Assembly: GCA_965237675.1 (NCBI GenBank)
Contig: OZ250150.1
Span: 736,001 to 800,000 of the forward strand
DNA length: 64,000 nucleotides
Direction: 5' to 3'
Source: Candidatus Latescibacterota bacterium
Lineage (GTDB): Bacteria > Latescibacterota > UBA2968 > GCA-2709665
In this document: one piece after another, positions 1-9,671 of the stretch
Numbering within the stretch: position 1 is the stretch's first letter
Layout of the letters: each line of letters starts with the position of its first letter
Made by a program: the position numbers and the translations under genes
Notes under the pieces: model-generated
What the model was told of the DNA's origin: nothing
What the model saw: only the letters and a program-made list of their open reading frames with translations
Databases searched by the model: none

Positions 1-1142
1 AGCTTTTTCAGCTTGCTTGACGTGGCAATTCTGTATGATCCATCACTCTTTTCGTAGAAGGAGTCGAGCCGCGCCTGGGCGGCTTCCGACAAGCCCATCT
101 TCGCCAGATCGAACATCTCGGATAGCCAGGGCTTTCTCCTGTTGGCGTACATCGAGTCCAAACTGGTCCGGACAGATTGCGGCAGTCCCAACCCGGACAG
201 ATCGATCATTTTGGATAGCTTCGGGCGCAGTCCGTCCTTTTCGTAAAGCGAGTCGAGTTGGGCCTCGGTCTCCTCCGGAAGATCCAGGCTCGTTAGATCG
301 TAAATATCGGAAAGACCGGATGACGTGGGCATCTCCATTAATTCCCGGTCCAGCGTCCGGACAAGAAAGGTATGATAGGGATCCACGCCAATGGCCTTTT
401 CGTCGACCATTGGAATCTGATTCAAGAAATCGTAATATTCCGGAGTAATCTTTCGGTTCTCACGGCCTGTGGCAAACCGGTAATTGGTCGGATAGGAGAT
501 CAACAGGTATGCGTACGTGTAGTTAAAGTAGCGCGACGCATACTCCACAAATCCTGGAGACAGCGCATAAACCGTGCGCCGCCTGTCCAGGTATTCGAGT
601 TGGTCCGCGCGCCACCCGTCCACCATGCGAGTAAAAACATCCGCCTCCATTTCCCGGGAGTCCCTGATTTTCCGCTGGAAATCCTGGAATCGGGGGTACC
701 ATTCGGCAATGAAGCGGTTGTTGTCCGCGTTTTGGCCGCTGAACCGGAACGAAGTGTAGAAAGAACCGGGATGGATGGAAATATGTAGGCTGTCCCCGGG
801 TTCGACGAAGAAAACCAGTGGACTGGGTTTCAGGAGGAACGCCACGGCCTGCCGCACCGGCTTCCATGTGATTCCCCCGCTCTTGTAGCTGCCCCGGACG
901 AGGGTCCCCCGGACGAGGGGAATCTCGAGGGCGAAGCGGTTCCGGTTGTCCAGAACCACGCGCTGCCCGGCCTGTTTCCCCAGCGCCGCGGGCGAGTCGT
1001 AACTGAACGTGATTTCCCGCGAGGTCGGCTCCCGGACTTCACCGGTGATAATCGCGACAGATCGTTCGCTGCTTTCCGCGGCAAAGCCGCCAGTCGCCAT
1101 AACGAGTAGGGCGATCAGAATGAGTATACCTGGATTCTTCAT
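1..1142 (-). CDS. Secreted protein, N-terminal part (runs off the window start); resembles the N-terminal region of TlpA-like redoxin proteins; carries three internal 31-32 aa repeats
   Basis: Absent from the ORF track. Manual translation from ATG 1142 (MKNPGILILIALLVMATGGFAAESS...FFVEPGDSLHISI...FSGQNADNNRF...) is open to base 1 and starts with a signal-peptide-like segment. The family guess comes from recalled motif similarity only. Confidence 0.75.
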   Translation of the reverse strand, partial: MKNPGILILIALLVMATGGFAAESSERSVAIITGEVREPTSREITFSYDSPAALGKQAGQRVVLDNRNRFALEIPLVRGTLVRGSYKSGGITWKPVRQAVAFLLKPSPLVFFVEPGDSLHISIHPGSFYTSFRFSGQNADNNRFIAEWYPRFQDFQRKIRDSREMEADVFTRMVDGWRADQLEYLDRRRTVYALSPGFVEYASRYFNYTYAYLLISYPTNYRFATGRENRKITPEYYDFLNQIPMVDEKAIGVDPYHTFLVRTLDRELMEMPTSSGLSDIYDLTSLDLPEETEAQLDSLYEKDGLRPKLSKMIDLSGLGLPQSVRTSLDSMYANRRKPWLSEMFDLAKMGLSEAAQARLDSFYEKSDGSYRIATSSKLKK

Positions 1143-1197
1143 AAAACGATCCTTCTGAGCGGGTTTCGGGTTATTGCACGCCAAAGTACAAGATTAA

Positions 1198-3054
1198 TCA
1201 AACAATATGCTCAAGTGTAAATTGGAGCAATGGATCTGCTGTCTCCTCATACTTAGATAGTTCGTCCGCCTTCGGTGAGATATCAGGCAGTGTGCCACGA
1301 GCTTCATCGCCCGCTTCAGGCATAGCGGCATAATACATCATTGCTGAAATTCCAAACCTTATCCCGCTCACTGGAAGTAAACCGGTCAAAGCATCGCCCG
1401 TGCTTTGCCTTCTCCCGCCTGTCTCTTCACCTATTAGTTTGCCCAGTCCGTGATCCTTCACGACAGCGGCAAACTCGGCTGCCGCCGAAAAGGTACACGG
1501 ACCAATCAGTACATAGAGATCGCCCGTAAACAGGTCCTCTCGCCGCTGAGGGATTACCAAGTCGTCCGCCTCCGATAGCATTAATCCGGCCAGGTCGCTA
1601 TAACGGGAGTAATTTGAATGCTGCTCGATCAGTAGGTCCGACAGTTTAATATCGACGCGAGACCACATCTTAAACGGCTTCTTTGTAAGAAACTCAAGCA
1701 GAAAAGCGACAAGGTCTGGATTTCCACCACCGTTTTGGCGAACGTCTATGATGAGGCGGTGGGATTTCTTCGCCCTCAATTCACTAAATAGACCTGCTAT
1801 ATACGTCCTTCTATCGTCTGTATCATCGAAACTATCGCAATTAAAATAGCACGTATTATCGTCACGACAGAAATGATGGAACCCTTCTGACTCCTCCCTT
1901 TCAGGTAAGAGGTCGTCATATTCGCGCAACGAAATTAGGTCAATTCGGCGTGTTGAAGTCTTTCGCTTTTCTGCAAATCGCATCGTTACGGGACTTTCGG
2001 TGAACAACGCGCACCACGCTCCGTAGAATCGCTGGTTATCTAAGAATTGCACGAACCGGCGAGTATCCGATTCCCCGGAAATCCTGCACAACGCTGGCTG
2101 CAGAAACTCCTTAATTGGTCTATCGTCTACGGATACAATTGATTTCCGTGTCAAATCCTCCAAACCAGGAATGGTATCCTCTACTACCAAATCGTTAAAG
2201 CGTCGTTTCAACCGAAATGGAAACATAAGAACATCGGGATTGGCTGCTTCAATGATATTTACAGCAGGCATGATCTCCGTATGCCCATCCTTTAAACGGG
2301 CGGCAGCCTCAGCCAGTATGCCTGACAGTTCGGGGTACGAGATATGGCCGCGCGATGCTTCTAGCCGCTGCAGTCGACAGCGAATAGATTTCTTCAGATC
2401 CAGATAGTCCTGTCCGGAAATATGACGCAACGGATAGGGATGTACCCTCTCAAGTGTTGTAAAGAAATACTCTGCGTCGACTTGGCCATCATCGGCGGAG
2501 AACACCAGAGGAGCGAAATTATCGTCCAAATTTCCGCCATTGATGACTTGATCTTGTAATGTGGCAAAAAACGTATAGTTCAACTTTAGACATTTCTTCA
2601 TGCCTGTCAGGACAGTAGGGCTAGGTGCACAAAAGGCCGCTATATGCCCGTCTCCCAAAGGATTGTGGCCGACAGCCGAGAACCCAATTTCGCCCATCCC
2701 GCCTTCGAAAAGCAACTTCTGTTCCTCTTCTGACAGACCAAATGGCGTCTCATTAAACGCTGCAAAGACAAGGTGGTTGGGCTTCGGGTCGAACAAGCCG
2801 TAAACCACATAATTTCCTTTCTTTAGTTCGAGACGTGGGAGACCGTCATTATCGTCCGTGTACCAAAAGGATACGCGTGGTATGGAATGACGCTCCGACC
2901 ATGCCCACCAGTATTCCTTTAGAGCCTGGATCTGTTTTTCCCATCCGGCACAGCCAAAATCAAATATGACGAAAAGCGTATCGCCTGCTGATTCCAATAC
3001 GCGTTCAATTGTCAACGGGGACTGTGATACCGATGAAGGTTTCATAATACTCAT
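1198..3054 (-). CDS. S41-family serine peptidase with an extra N-terminal domain of unknown function
   Basis: Motifs LIIDVRQNGGGN, TFSAAAEF (catalytic Ser), LIGEETGG and GTLPD. The start may be ATG 3045, given the spacing of the AGGAG RBS. Confidence 0.85.
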   Translation of the reverse strand: MSIMKPSSVSQSPLTIERVLESAGDTLFVIFDFGCAGWEKQIQALKEYWWAWSERHSIPRVSFWYTDDNDGLPRLELKKGNYVVYGLFDPKPNHLVFAAFNETPFGLSEEEQKLLFEGGMGEIGFSAVGHNPLGDGHIAAFCAPSPTVLTGMKKCLKLNYTFFATLQDQVINGGNLDDNFAPLVFSADDGQVDAEYFFTTLERVHPYPLRHISGQDYLDLKKSIRCRLQRLEASRGHISYPELSGILAEAAARLKDGHTEIMPAVNIIEAANPDVLMFPFRLKRRFNDLVVEDTIPGLEDLTRKSIVSVDDRPIKEFLQPALCRISGESDTRRFVQFLDNQRFYGAWCALFTESPVTMRFAEKRKTSTRRIDLISLREYDDLLPEREESEGFHHFCRDDNTCYFNCDSFDDTDDRRTYIAGLFSELRAKKSHRLIIDVRQNGGGNPDLVAFLLEFLTKKPFKMWSRVDIKLSDLLIEQHSNYSRYSDLAGLMLSEADDLVIPQRREDLFTGDLYVLIGPCTFSAAAEFAAVVKDHGLGKLIGEETGGRRQSTGDALTGLLPVSGIRFGISAMMYYAAMPEAGDEARGTLPDISPKADELSKYEETADPLLQFTLEHIV

Positions 3055-3507
3055 CTCCTGTAAAGTCTATCCTCGCAGGCGGGTATATCGCAGTAATCGG
3101 TCTACGTTGCTCTCACCTCTCGCCTGTTTGCGTGTCATGTGCCTCGTCAGTTCCGGATACGAACTCTGCACGGGAAACGCCAATTCCATCCCATCGAGAT
3201 ATTTTCAAATGTTGTGGATGTAGGTGAGCGGTCCTGTGGAATTCGGCGGCGACGTTGATGTTTCCATCCTGGAACTGAACCCGTAGGACAGTGAGTTCAA
3301 TAAGTTTGTAACTGTATAATCGGTGGCAGCGATTTTGGGTTTGCGTTGCCAGTAGCAATTGCGTCGTTTTCACCGGACGCTATTCCGTCCTCCGCGGCGC
3401 CTCAAAGATAGCCATTCTGCTGTTCCGAAGCGAACAGAAATGTCCGACCGACGGTATGTACATATCCAACGGCACGTCGCGCCGACGCTTGTCGAATCGA
3501 CCGGTAA

Positions 3508-5589
3508 TTATTCCGATTTCCTGGGTTTTTCGAAGATGGCCAGGTGGTTGTTCAAAAGAGCGTAGATATGATCGCCCTTTGGAATAAACATATCGCGCGC
3601 CGGGTCGACGCCTTGGCTTTTCAGGTCAAGAATGTCGAAATTTCGCCTATGTGCGTCATAGTCGGAGAGCCCCAATTTCTCCCGCCGCGAAAAAGTGCCG
3701 TAGCGGGTCTTGACATAAGTCTGGATCGCTCCCCCGCTCAGGGCGTACGCGGATTCTCCCACAATGGTCATTCGTCGGGGAAGACGCGTCCAGGGTATGT
3801 AATCAACCTCCACCGGCTTAAGGCGGTCGCTGATGTCCACCACCGAAATTTCGCGGGGCAGGTGTCGTTCAATATAGGCCCTGTCGTTCCCGACGGTGAG
3901 GGGCCCCAATCCGGGCGGAACAACAAACGATATATGTCTACCGTGAGTTCCGTACGTGTATTTTTCCGTTGCTGCCAAGTTCGGACCGTACTCTTCGAAC
4001 ATTTGAACGAGAGGTTCAGTAAGCTCCGTAGAGGTTGCTTGTTCGCGGAATTCCTGGACCAACTTCTCGTAAGTGGCGGCGCGTCCGAAGCGACGCAAAG
4101 GTATCCGGCTCAATGTTTCAGGCCGCCCGGGATCGGTTAGATCCAGGACTGCGAATTCCTGTCCCAGTGTCAGAAAAGTGTGCGAACCCACTATCTGCAT
4201 TTCCCATTCGTGATCCCACACATGCTTCGTTGTCTCTTCGATCGGCAATACGTGAACGAGCGGAGGCGGACCACTTTTCCTAACGTCGAAACTGTGCAAC
4301 TCCAGAAAATCCTTGCGGAGTAGACCGGCATACAAATGTCCATGAGATACACCCCACCCCACGAGCCGCGGAATGCGCCGCAACCATGGGGTTGGGCCCT
4401 CCTCCACGGGATAGAGCAGGCTTAGCGCCTGCAACTGAGGGCGATTGGGACGGCTGAGGTCAAATGTTACCACACCGACACTATCCTGAAATTCGCCCCA
4501 TACATAGGCGCGGGAGCCGGTTAACGCGAGCCGTTCGAGCCGCCACCCACCCATCTCCACCTGGCCGATCTCGGTAGGAGCCGACACATCCGACACGTCC
4601 ACCACGCTCAGGCCGCGCTCAAGCAGTACCGCAGCCAATTCATTATTAAGCGCCAGACCCATGGCTGACATCTTATATTTCAGGTGGCCAACCGGCGCCA
4701 CCGGCTCAACCGGAGTGCGCTTTTGGCGAGATTGGGTGACGTCCAATCCGATAACGACAATCGTACAGATTAACGCGAGCGCTCCTACGACCCATTGATA
4801 GCGCCTGCTGGCCTGTGCGCTGAAAACCCTGCAGGCGCAGAACAAAGCGCCGCCGACCAGCATGGCAATTGCCCCTGCCCTCGCCAGTATGAAGGATGGG
4901 TCGAAGGCCTGCCGGAGAATTCCGGCGTGGCTGTTCAATTCAAGAGAGAACACCATCCTGAAATAAAACTCGGAGATCTTCGGAGCGAGCGACCCCGCGG
5001 TCACCAATAGGAATATCCCTACCCAGACGGCCATAAGGCTGGTCATCGCCGCCTTGAGTGGACGATCTGTAAGTATGGAGGCCAACACTGAGATACAATA
5101 CGGTATCAGGTAGATAACAAACCACAATAACACCACACGGATGTAACCCACGTCTGACAGGAGTTCCTCAACCGGAAAACTCTCCACGGCCGTGTAAGTT
5201 CTATTCGAATAAGCCCACGATTGGAAGTCCAGGTCACCCCATTCCAGCAGCCCGATGAATGTCCCACCCCAGTACGACGCCAACACCGTCAGCAGCCCCG
5301 CGGCGCCGACCGCGAACTTAACCGTCAGCATTTTCCAGGGCGCAAAGGGTCGGCACAACAGATAAGGCAGCGTCATCCGGTACCGCTCCTGCGCAATGAG
5401 GTCCATACCCATCAGCACGGCACCGAAAAGGCCTACCAGATGGCTCAAAGGCTGAATTTCTCTATGATATGAGAACACCCCCTCTTGAGTGCAGACCAAC
5501 CCGACAACCAGCGCCAGACCGGCGCCCGCGGCGATTTTGTAGGCGGCCTCACGCCCTTCTTTCCAGAAAAGAGCACCAATCGGGTTCAT
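3508..5589 (-). CDS. ABC transporter permease-like membrane protein fused to a C-terminal LVIVD-like repeat domain
   Basis: N-terminus ALFWKEGRE with several TM segments and ERYRMTLPYLLCRP (ABC-2 permease-like). C-terminal repeats LSVVDVSDVSAP, VVTFDLSRPNRP, FAVLDLTDPGRP and ISVVDISDRLKP. ATGA overlap with the ATPase gene. Confidence 0.8.
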   Translation of the reverse strand: MNPIGALFWKEGREAAYKIAAGAGLALVVGLVCTQEGVFSYHREIQPLSHLVGLFGAVLMGMDLIAQERYRMTLPYLLCRPFAPWKMLTVKFAVGAAGLLTVLASYWGGTFIGLLEWGDLDFQSWAYSNRTYTAVESFPVEELLSDVGYIRVVLLWFVIYLIPYCISVLASILTDRPLKAAMTSLMAVWVGIFLLVTAGSLAPKISEFYFRMVFSLELNSHAGILRQAFDPSFILARAGAIAMLVGGALFCACRVFSAQASRRYQWVVGALALICTIVVIGLDVTQSRQKRTPVEPVAPVGHLKYKMSAMGLALNNELAAVLLERGLSVVDVSDVSAPTEIGQVEMGGWRLERLALTGSRAYVWGEFQDSVGVVTFDLSRPNRPQLQALSLLYPVEEGPTPWLRRIPRLVGWGVSHGHLYAGLLRKDFLELHSFDVRKSGPPPLVHVLPIEETTKHVWDHEWEMQIVGSHTFLTLGQEFAVLDLTDPGRPETLSRIPLRRFGRAATYEKLVQEFREQATSTELTEPLVQMFEEYGPNLAATEKYTYGTHGRHISFVVPPGLGPLTVGNDRAYIERHLPREISVVDISDRLKPVEVDYIPWTRLPRRMTIVGESAYALSGGAIQTYVKTRYGTFSRREKLGLSDYDAHRRNFDILDLKSQGVDPARDMFIPKGDHIYALLNNHLAIFEKPRKSE

Positions 5590-6485
5590 GGCTGTCCTCC
5601 TGAGTCAGGCCGTACGTGGGCGACGAAGGCCTCCTCCAGACCCACGTCCATGACGTCCAGGATATGCCCGCCCTGCGCCTGGATCCGCGCGGCCTGCGCC
5701 TCGCCGTATTCCGCCACGGTCAACAGCCGCTGCGCCCCCTCTCCCTGCACCTGCCGCAGGCCGGCGATTCCGGTCAATTGGTCTGCGTCTTCCAGCATGC
5801 GCACGACCACCCGCTTGACCGACCCTTTCACCTCGTCCACCGTGCCCTCGATCACCAGGAGGCCCTGCTCGATAATGGCCACACGGTCGGCCACGCGCTC
5901 CACCTCATGGACGAGGTGCGAGGACAGGAAGACCGTGCGACCCTCCTCCTGGATCAGCCCGATAATGCTCTCCAGAAAGTCGCGCCGAACCAGTACGTCC
6001 AACCCGGAGGCCGGCTCGTCCAGGATAAGCAGCCGCGGCTCGTGGCCCAGCGCCAGGGCGAGGGCCAGTTGCGCGTTCATACCACGAGACAGGTGCTTCA
6101 CCTTCTGATCCGGGTCCAAGCCGAACCGTTGAATGAGCGCATCCACCCTGTCCTGGTTCCAGGTTTCGTAGAACTGCCCGGTGAACCAGACGAGTTCCCG
6201 CACTTTCATCCAGCCGTACATCACGCGATTCTCGGCCACGTACCCCACCTGCCGGCGAAGCGCCAGGGAATCCGTCACCGGATTCAGCCCCAGAACCTCC
6301 ACTCTCCCGGCGGTTGGCCGCAGCAGGTTCATGAGTATTTGAATCGTCGTGGTCTTACCCGCGCCGTTACGGCCGAGGAATCCGCAGACCGTACCCGCCT
6401 GCACGTCGAGCCGAAGATCGTCCACGGCCGTGAGTTTGCCGAAGCGATGGGTCAACCCTTCAATTGCGATCGCTGAACCGTTCAT
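5586..6485 (-). CDS. ABC transporter ATP-binding protein
   Basis: Walker A GRNGAGKTT, signature LSRGM, Walker B LILDEP, H-loop SSH. Confidence 0.95.
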   Translation of the reverse strand: MNGSAIAIEGLTHRFGKLTAVDDLRLDVQAGTVCGFLGRNGAGKTTTIQILMNLLRPTAGRVEVLGLNPVTDSLALRRQVGYVAENRVMYGWMKVRELVWFTGQFYETWNQDRVDALIQRFGLDPDQKVKHLSRGMNAQLALALALGHEPRLLILDEPASGLDVLVRRDFLESIIGLIQEEGRTVFLSSHLVHEVERVADRVAIIEQGLLVIEGTVDEVKGSVKRVVVRMLEDADQLTGIAGLRQVQGEGAQRLLTVAEYGEAQAARIQAQGGHILDVMDVGLEEAFVAHVRPDSGGQP

Positions 6486-6504
6486 ATCGACTCCTTGTTC
6501 CCGG

Positions 6505-6894
6505 TCAATCTTCTTTCCGAAACCGGTCGAGGCGTTCCCGGATCACCTGCTCCATTTCCTCAGGACTCAGTTCCAGTTCGACGCCCTGCACCAGCGCCCT
6601 GTCGAGTAGTTCCCTCACGATCTCCAGCTTTTCCTCGCGGGATATGGTTACGTCCCGCTCGGCGACGTACGTGCCCATCCCCCGCTTCTTGTAGATGAAC
6701 CCCTCGCGCTCCAGTTCCAGGTAGGCTCGCGCCACGGTATTCGGGTTGATGAGGTACTGTCGGGCGAGATCCCGCACCGAGGGCAACTCTTCGTGCGCCT
6801 TCAGCACCCCCCGGGCCATCTGGTACCTGATCTGCTCCATCATCTGCAGGTAGATGGGAACCCCGTTGGCGGAATTGATGCGCAGAGGCAACAT
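6505..6894 (-). CDS. GntR-family (YtrA subfamily) transcriptional regulator
   Basis: PIYLQ...LPSVRDLA...INPNTVARAYLELEREGFI...GMGTYV with a short C-terminal helix. Located upstream of the ABC genes. Start set at ATG 6894 (MLPLRIN). Confidence 0.92.
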   Translation of the reverse strand: MLPLRINSANGVPIYLQMMEQIRYQMARGVLKAHEELPSVRDLARQYLINPNTVARAYLELEREGFIYKKRGMGTYVAERDVTISREEKLEIVRELLDRALVQGVELELSPEEMEQVIRERLDRFRKED

Positions 6895-7021
6895 GGCATC
6901 GCTCCTGGTTTGTTCCAACCCATCGTCGCCGGCAATCACGCGCATGCGTGCCGGCATTTCGAACATGCAGTCTGGCGAATTTCAGGTCTCGCCACACATT
7001 GTCGCTGGATATTGCACGGAG

Positions 7022-7053
7022 TATTACTGTATGAGTGAACCGATACAGTAATA
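7022..7053. promoter_or_regulatory. Putative YtrA-type GntR operator
   Basis: Perfect 11-bp inverted repeat TATTACTGTAT-N10-ATACAGTAATA (core TGTA-N12-TACA), about 130 bp upstream of the gntR start. Confidence 0.7.
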
Positions 7054-7319
7054 TACTAATTAATCCGCCCCTGTAAAGCAAGTACTTTTTCGCAACCAAG
7101 TTAAACAAAGGGCCGGTACGTGATACCAATATGTAGATAATTTATAAAAGAAACAATATGTTAGTGGAGGGACTTCTTATTCTGGCGGAAACAAAGAAGC
7201 ATTTTGGAGGGGCCGAACGATGCAGGGCACGAGGCAAATCTCGAAAATGTGGTCGAGCACAAAGAGGCGGAAGCATTGTGCAACATTTGTATTTCAACGC
7301 CTAACGCGACCTTAAGAGT

Positions 7320-8513
7320 TTAGAATAAGTCCCGTTGGGTCGACATTAGTTTGTCTGGGGGCTTCGATTCCTCATCGACGCGAATTGCCTCAGATACACT
7401 ATCTGCTGATTCGAATATTTCCTCATCGCATCCATTGTACAATCCACAGTATTTCTCCTGCGGATTCGGATCATAGATCAACTCGATTTCCCCGTTAGCG
7501 AACATTCTCATTTCCCTGACGTCATTGAACAATATTCCCACCTCCTGCTTTGTCATAACGGGAAATCCGTAGTTTTCGTTTCTGTATTTCAACGTACGCC
7601 CTGAAGCTGTTCTTTCCCTTACGAATTCCAGGTGTCTCGCCAATCTCTCGCTAATATACCGATTGGATGATGCCACGATCTCGGTTGTTCTTTTAGCCAG
7701 TGCATCTACAAAGTTAGGGTCAATTTCATAGCCTACGCTGTTTCTACACGAAGCCATCGCAGCCGCCATCGAAGTACCGGTCCCCAAGAATGGATCCAAG
7801 ACTAAATCGCCTTTCACGGAGAACATATTTATTAGCCTGTACGCAAGTTCAAATGGAAAAGCCGCACTTCTCTTGCGGAGATTCTCGTCATCCAGGTCCT
7901 GCTTGGCTCCCTTCAAATCCATCCAGACGTCGGAAAACCATATATTCCTTTCTTCCCAAAAAAAGGCACTTCTCATCCGGAGAAGCTTATCGTTCTGGCT
8001 TACGAACTCTCTCTTTCCACCCTTTCTCAATACAAGGATGAATTCATGCTCCAAGGTTACGTAAGCCCCGGGCGGCAACATTCCACTACCCATAAATTTA
8101 TTCGGTGCGTTCGTCTGTTTTCTCCAGAGTATCTCCGGCAAGGCCTGAAATCCCACTTTCAAACACTGACTCAATATTCTTGAATGGCTTGGATAGAGCT
8201 TGAAGATTCCGTTTATCGTTCGTGTGGCGTCACCCACGTTGATGCATACAATGCCCCCCGGTTTGACGACTCTGTAGACTTCGTTCCATACCTTGTCGAG
8301 AAGCTGATTCATCAACTCGAATGCGCGATTACCATCTTTGCTCTGCAATGCTTTCCCTATTTCAGGATTCTGCCGGGTAAATACTCCATCCCACATCTCA
8401 ATCATAGGATAGGGCGGCGACGTAATCATCAAGTCCACTGAATCGTCCAGGAGTTCTTTCATATTATCGGAATCTGCGTAAAATACCGTATGCGTTGTTT
8501 TCAAGTCGCCCAT
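7320..8513 (-). CDS. Site-specific DNA methyltransferase (N4-C/N6-A, beta class)
   Basis: TSPPY catalytic motif lies N-terminal to the SAM-binding motif VLDPFLGTGTS, followed by GYEID. Confidence 0.93.
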   Translation of the reverse strand: MGDLKTTHTVFYADSDNMKELLDDSVDLMITSPPYPMIEMWDGVFTRQNPEIGKALQSKDGNRAFELMNQLLDKVWNEVYRVVKPGGIVCINVGDATRTINGIFKLYPSHSRILSQCLKVGFQALPEILWRKQTNAPNKFMGSGMLPPGAYVTLEHEFILVLRKGGKREFVSQNDKLLRMRSAFFWEERNIWFSDVWMDLKGAKQDLDDENLRKRSAAFPFELAYRLINMFSVKGDLVLDPFLGTGTSMAAAMASCRNSVGYEIDPNFVDALAKRTTEIVASSNRYISERLARHLEFVRERTASGRTLKYRNENYGFPVMTKQEVGILFNDVREMRMFANGEIELIYDPNPQEKYCGLYNGCDEEIFESADSVSEAIRVDEESKPPDKLMSTQRDLF

Positions 8514-8600
8514 CTTAGCCCATCATCCTCCAGTCTTGTTCCCTCGCTCAATTGCCATATCCAGTTTCTCTTCCAAATCGACGGGAATTTTACTTTCCCG

Positions 8601-8804
8601 TCAAAATAGTGTCGGCGGGTTTTCATCTGGAATTTCTATTGTAATGCCGTCTTTCTTCTTATCATAATAGACGATAGTTACGTAAATTGAATCAGCCAGA
8701 CTCTGCTTTGATTTAAAGGTGATTGGTTTGATTGAAAACGGCTGGTCGCCAACAAATCCATCGATTCCTTGTGCCTCTTCATACGGATGTGCCAGACGGT
8801 AGAG
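8601..8804 (-). pseudogene. C-terminal remnant of an MjaI-family-like restriction endonuclease
   Basis: Manual translation: LYRLAHPYEEAQGIDGFVGDQPFSIKPITFKSKQSLADSIYVTIVYYDKKKDGITIEIPDENPPTLF*. The GIDG..SIKP..YYDKKKDGI pattern recalls MjaI-family enzymes. No start codon; preceded by an in-frame TAG; lies just upstream of the MTase. Confidence 0.75.
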
Positions 8805-8814
8805 CTATGGCTGA

Positions 8815-9204
8815 TCATGCTTTAATTTCGTGTCGTGTGATGTACTCAAATGATCGATAAACGTACTCCCTCGGGATCTTTTCGGAGCGTCCTCTTGGAA
8901 GCAGGTGAATCGCTTGTGTGATGTATATATCCTAACGCTTCATTCCCGCAATGTCGAAGGCGTGGTCAAGCACAATATTGAAGGGTATGTGAGGCAGGTA
9001 ACCCGTTTCCTTCAGCGTGTCTCGGTGCTTAATCGCGGAGGGCCAGTCCAACCAGTGGTATGCAACCAAAAGGGGGCCGGTCTCGTTGTTCGAAATTTTC
9101 TGAATGGGCGCAACATAGTCTCCGTCAAGTCCAACATCGGTGAGTGTCTTATATCCCCGAATCGAGAATCGGCGGCGGCGCGCGATAATGTCGGACCTTG
9201 TCAT
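8815..9204 (-). pseudogene. Uracil-DNA-glycosylase-superfamily-like protein with an internal stop and a 3' truncation
   Basis: MTRSDIIARRRRFSIRGYKTLTDVG...AGMKR*(TAG 8932-8934)DIYITQAIHLLPRGRSEKIPREYVYRSFEYITRHEIKA*. The reading frame continues sensibly past the TAG. The family call is from recalled similarity. Confidence 0.55.
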
Positions 9205-9671
9205 GTTCGGGTCCTTTGTGTCTAAGTGGTTACGTGCGTCCGGTGTACATACCCAAAATTCTTGACAACTACTTGCTTCTTCAGTAGACTTGCCGAAATA
9301 GAAAGAGGCCGAAACGTTCGGGTCCGTACATCCGCTTCCGGTATCCGAATGGGCGTGTAGCTCAATTTGGGAGAGCATGCGTTGTTAAATTTCGTTGTGC
9401 TAAGCTTATTTCCCCCGGAGGATAGCATTCTCCGACCAATGCTCCTGTCCGCGTCAGGGGCATTTCTTTTGCAGACAACATCAAGCATAACATATAGTTA
9501 TCGATCAGTCAAGGAATTAATCGGGGCGCAGGAAGCGGGTGCTGCATCGCGGCGCGACCGGTGGAACACGGCCTTTTTGTTCATCCCCCGCCAAGGCGTG
9601 TTTAGGCATGCCCGTCCGTCACTGACTGACGAAAAGATGATCGACCGATTCCCCCGGGGAGTCGGCTTCTG

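Noticed and set aside
3113-3373. 86-aa ORF upstream of the S41 gene
   Set aside because: No RBS or recognisable motif; it may be decayed coding DNA but cannot be supported.
7296-7325. attC site next to the methyltransferase (GCCTAAC/GTTAGGC core)
   Set aside because: Too short, with no L-box pairing and no integrase nearby.
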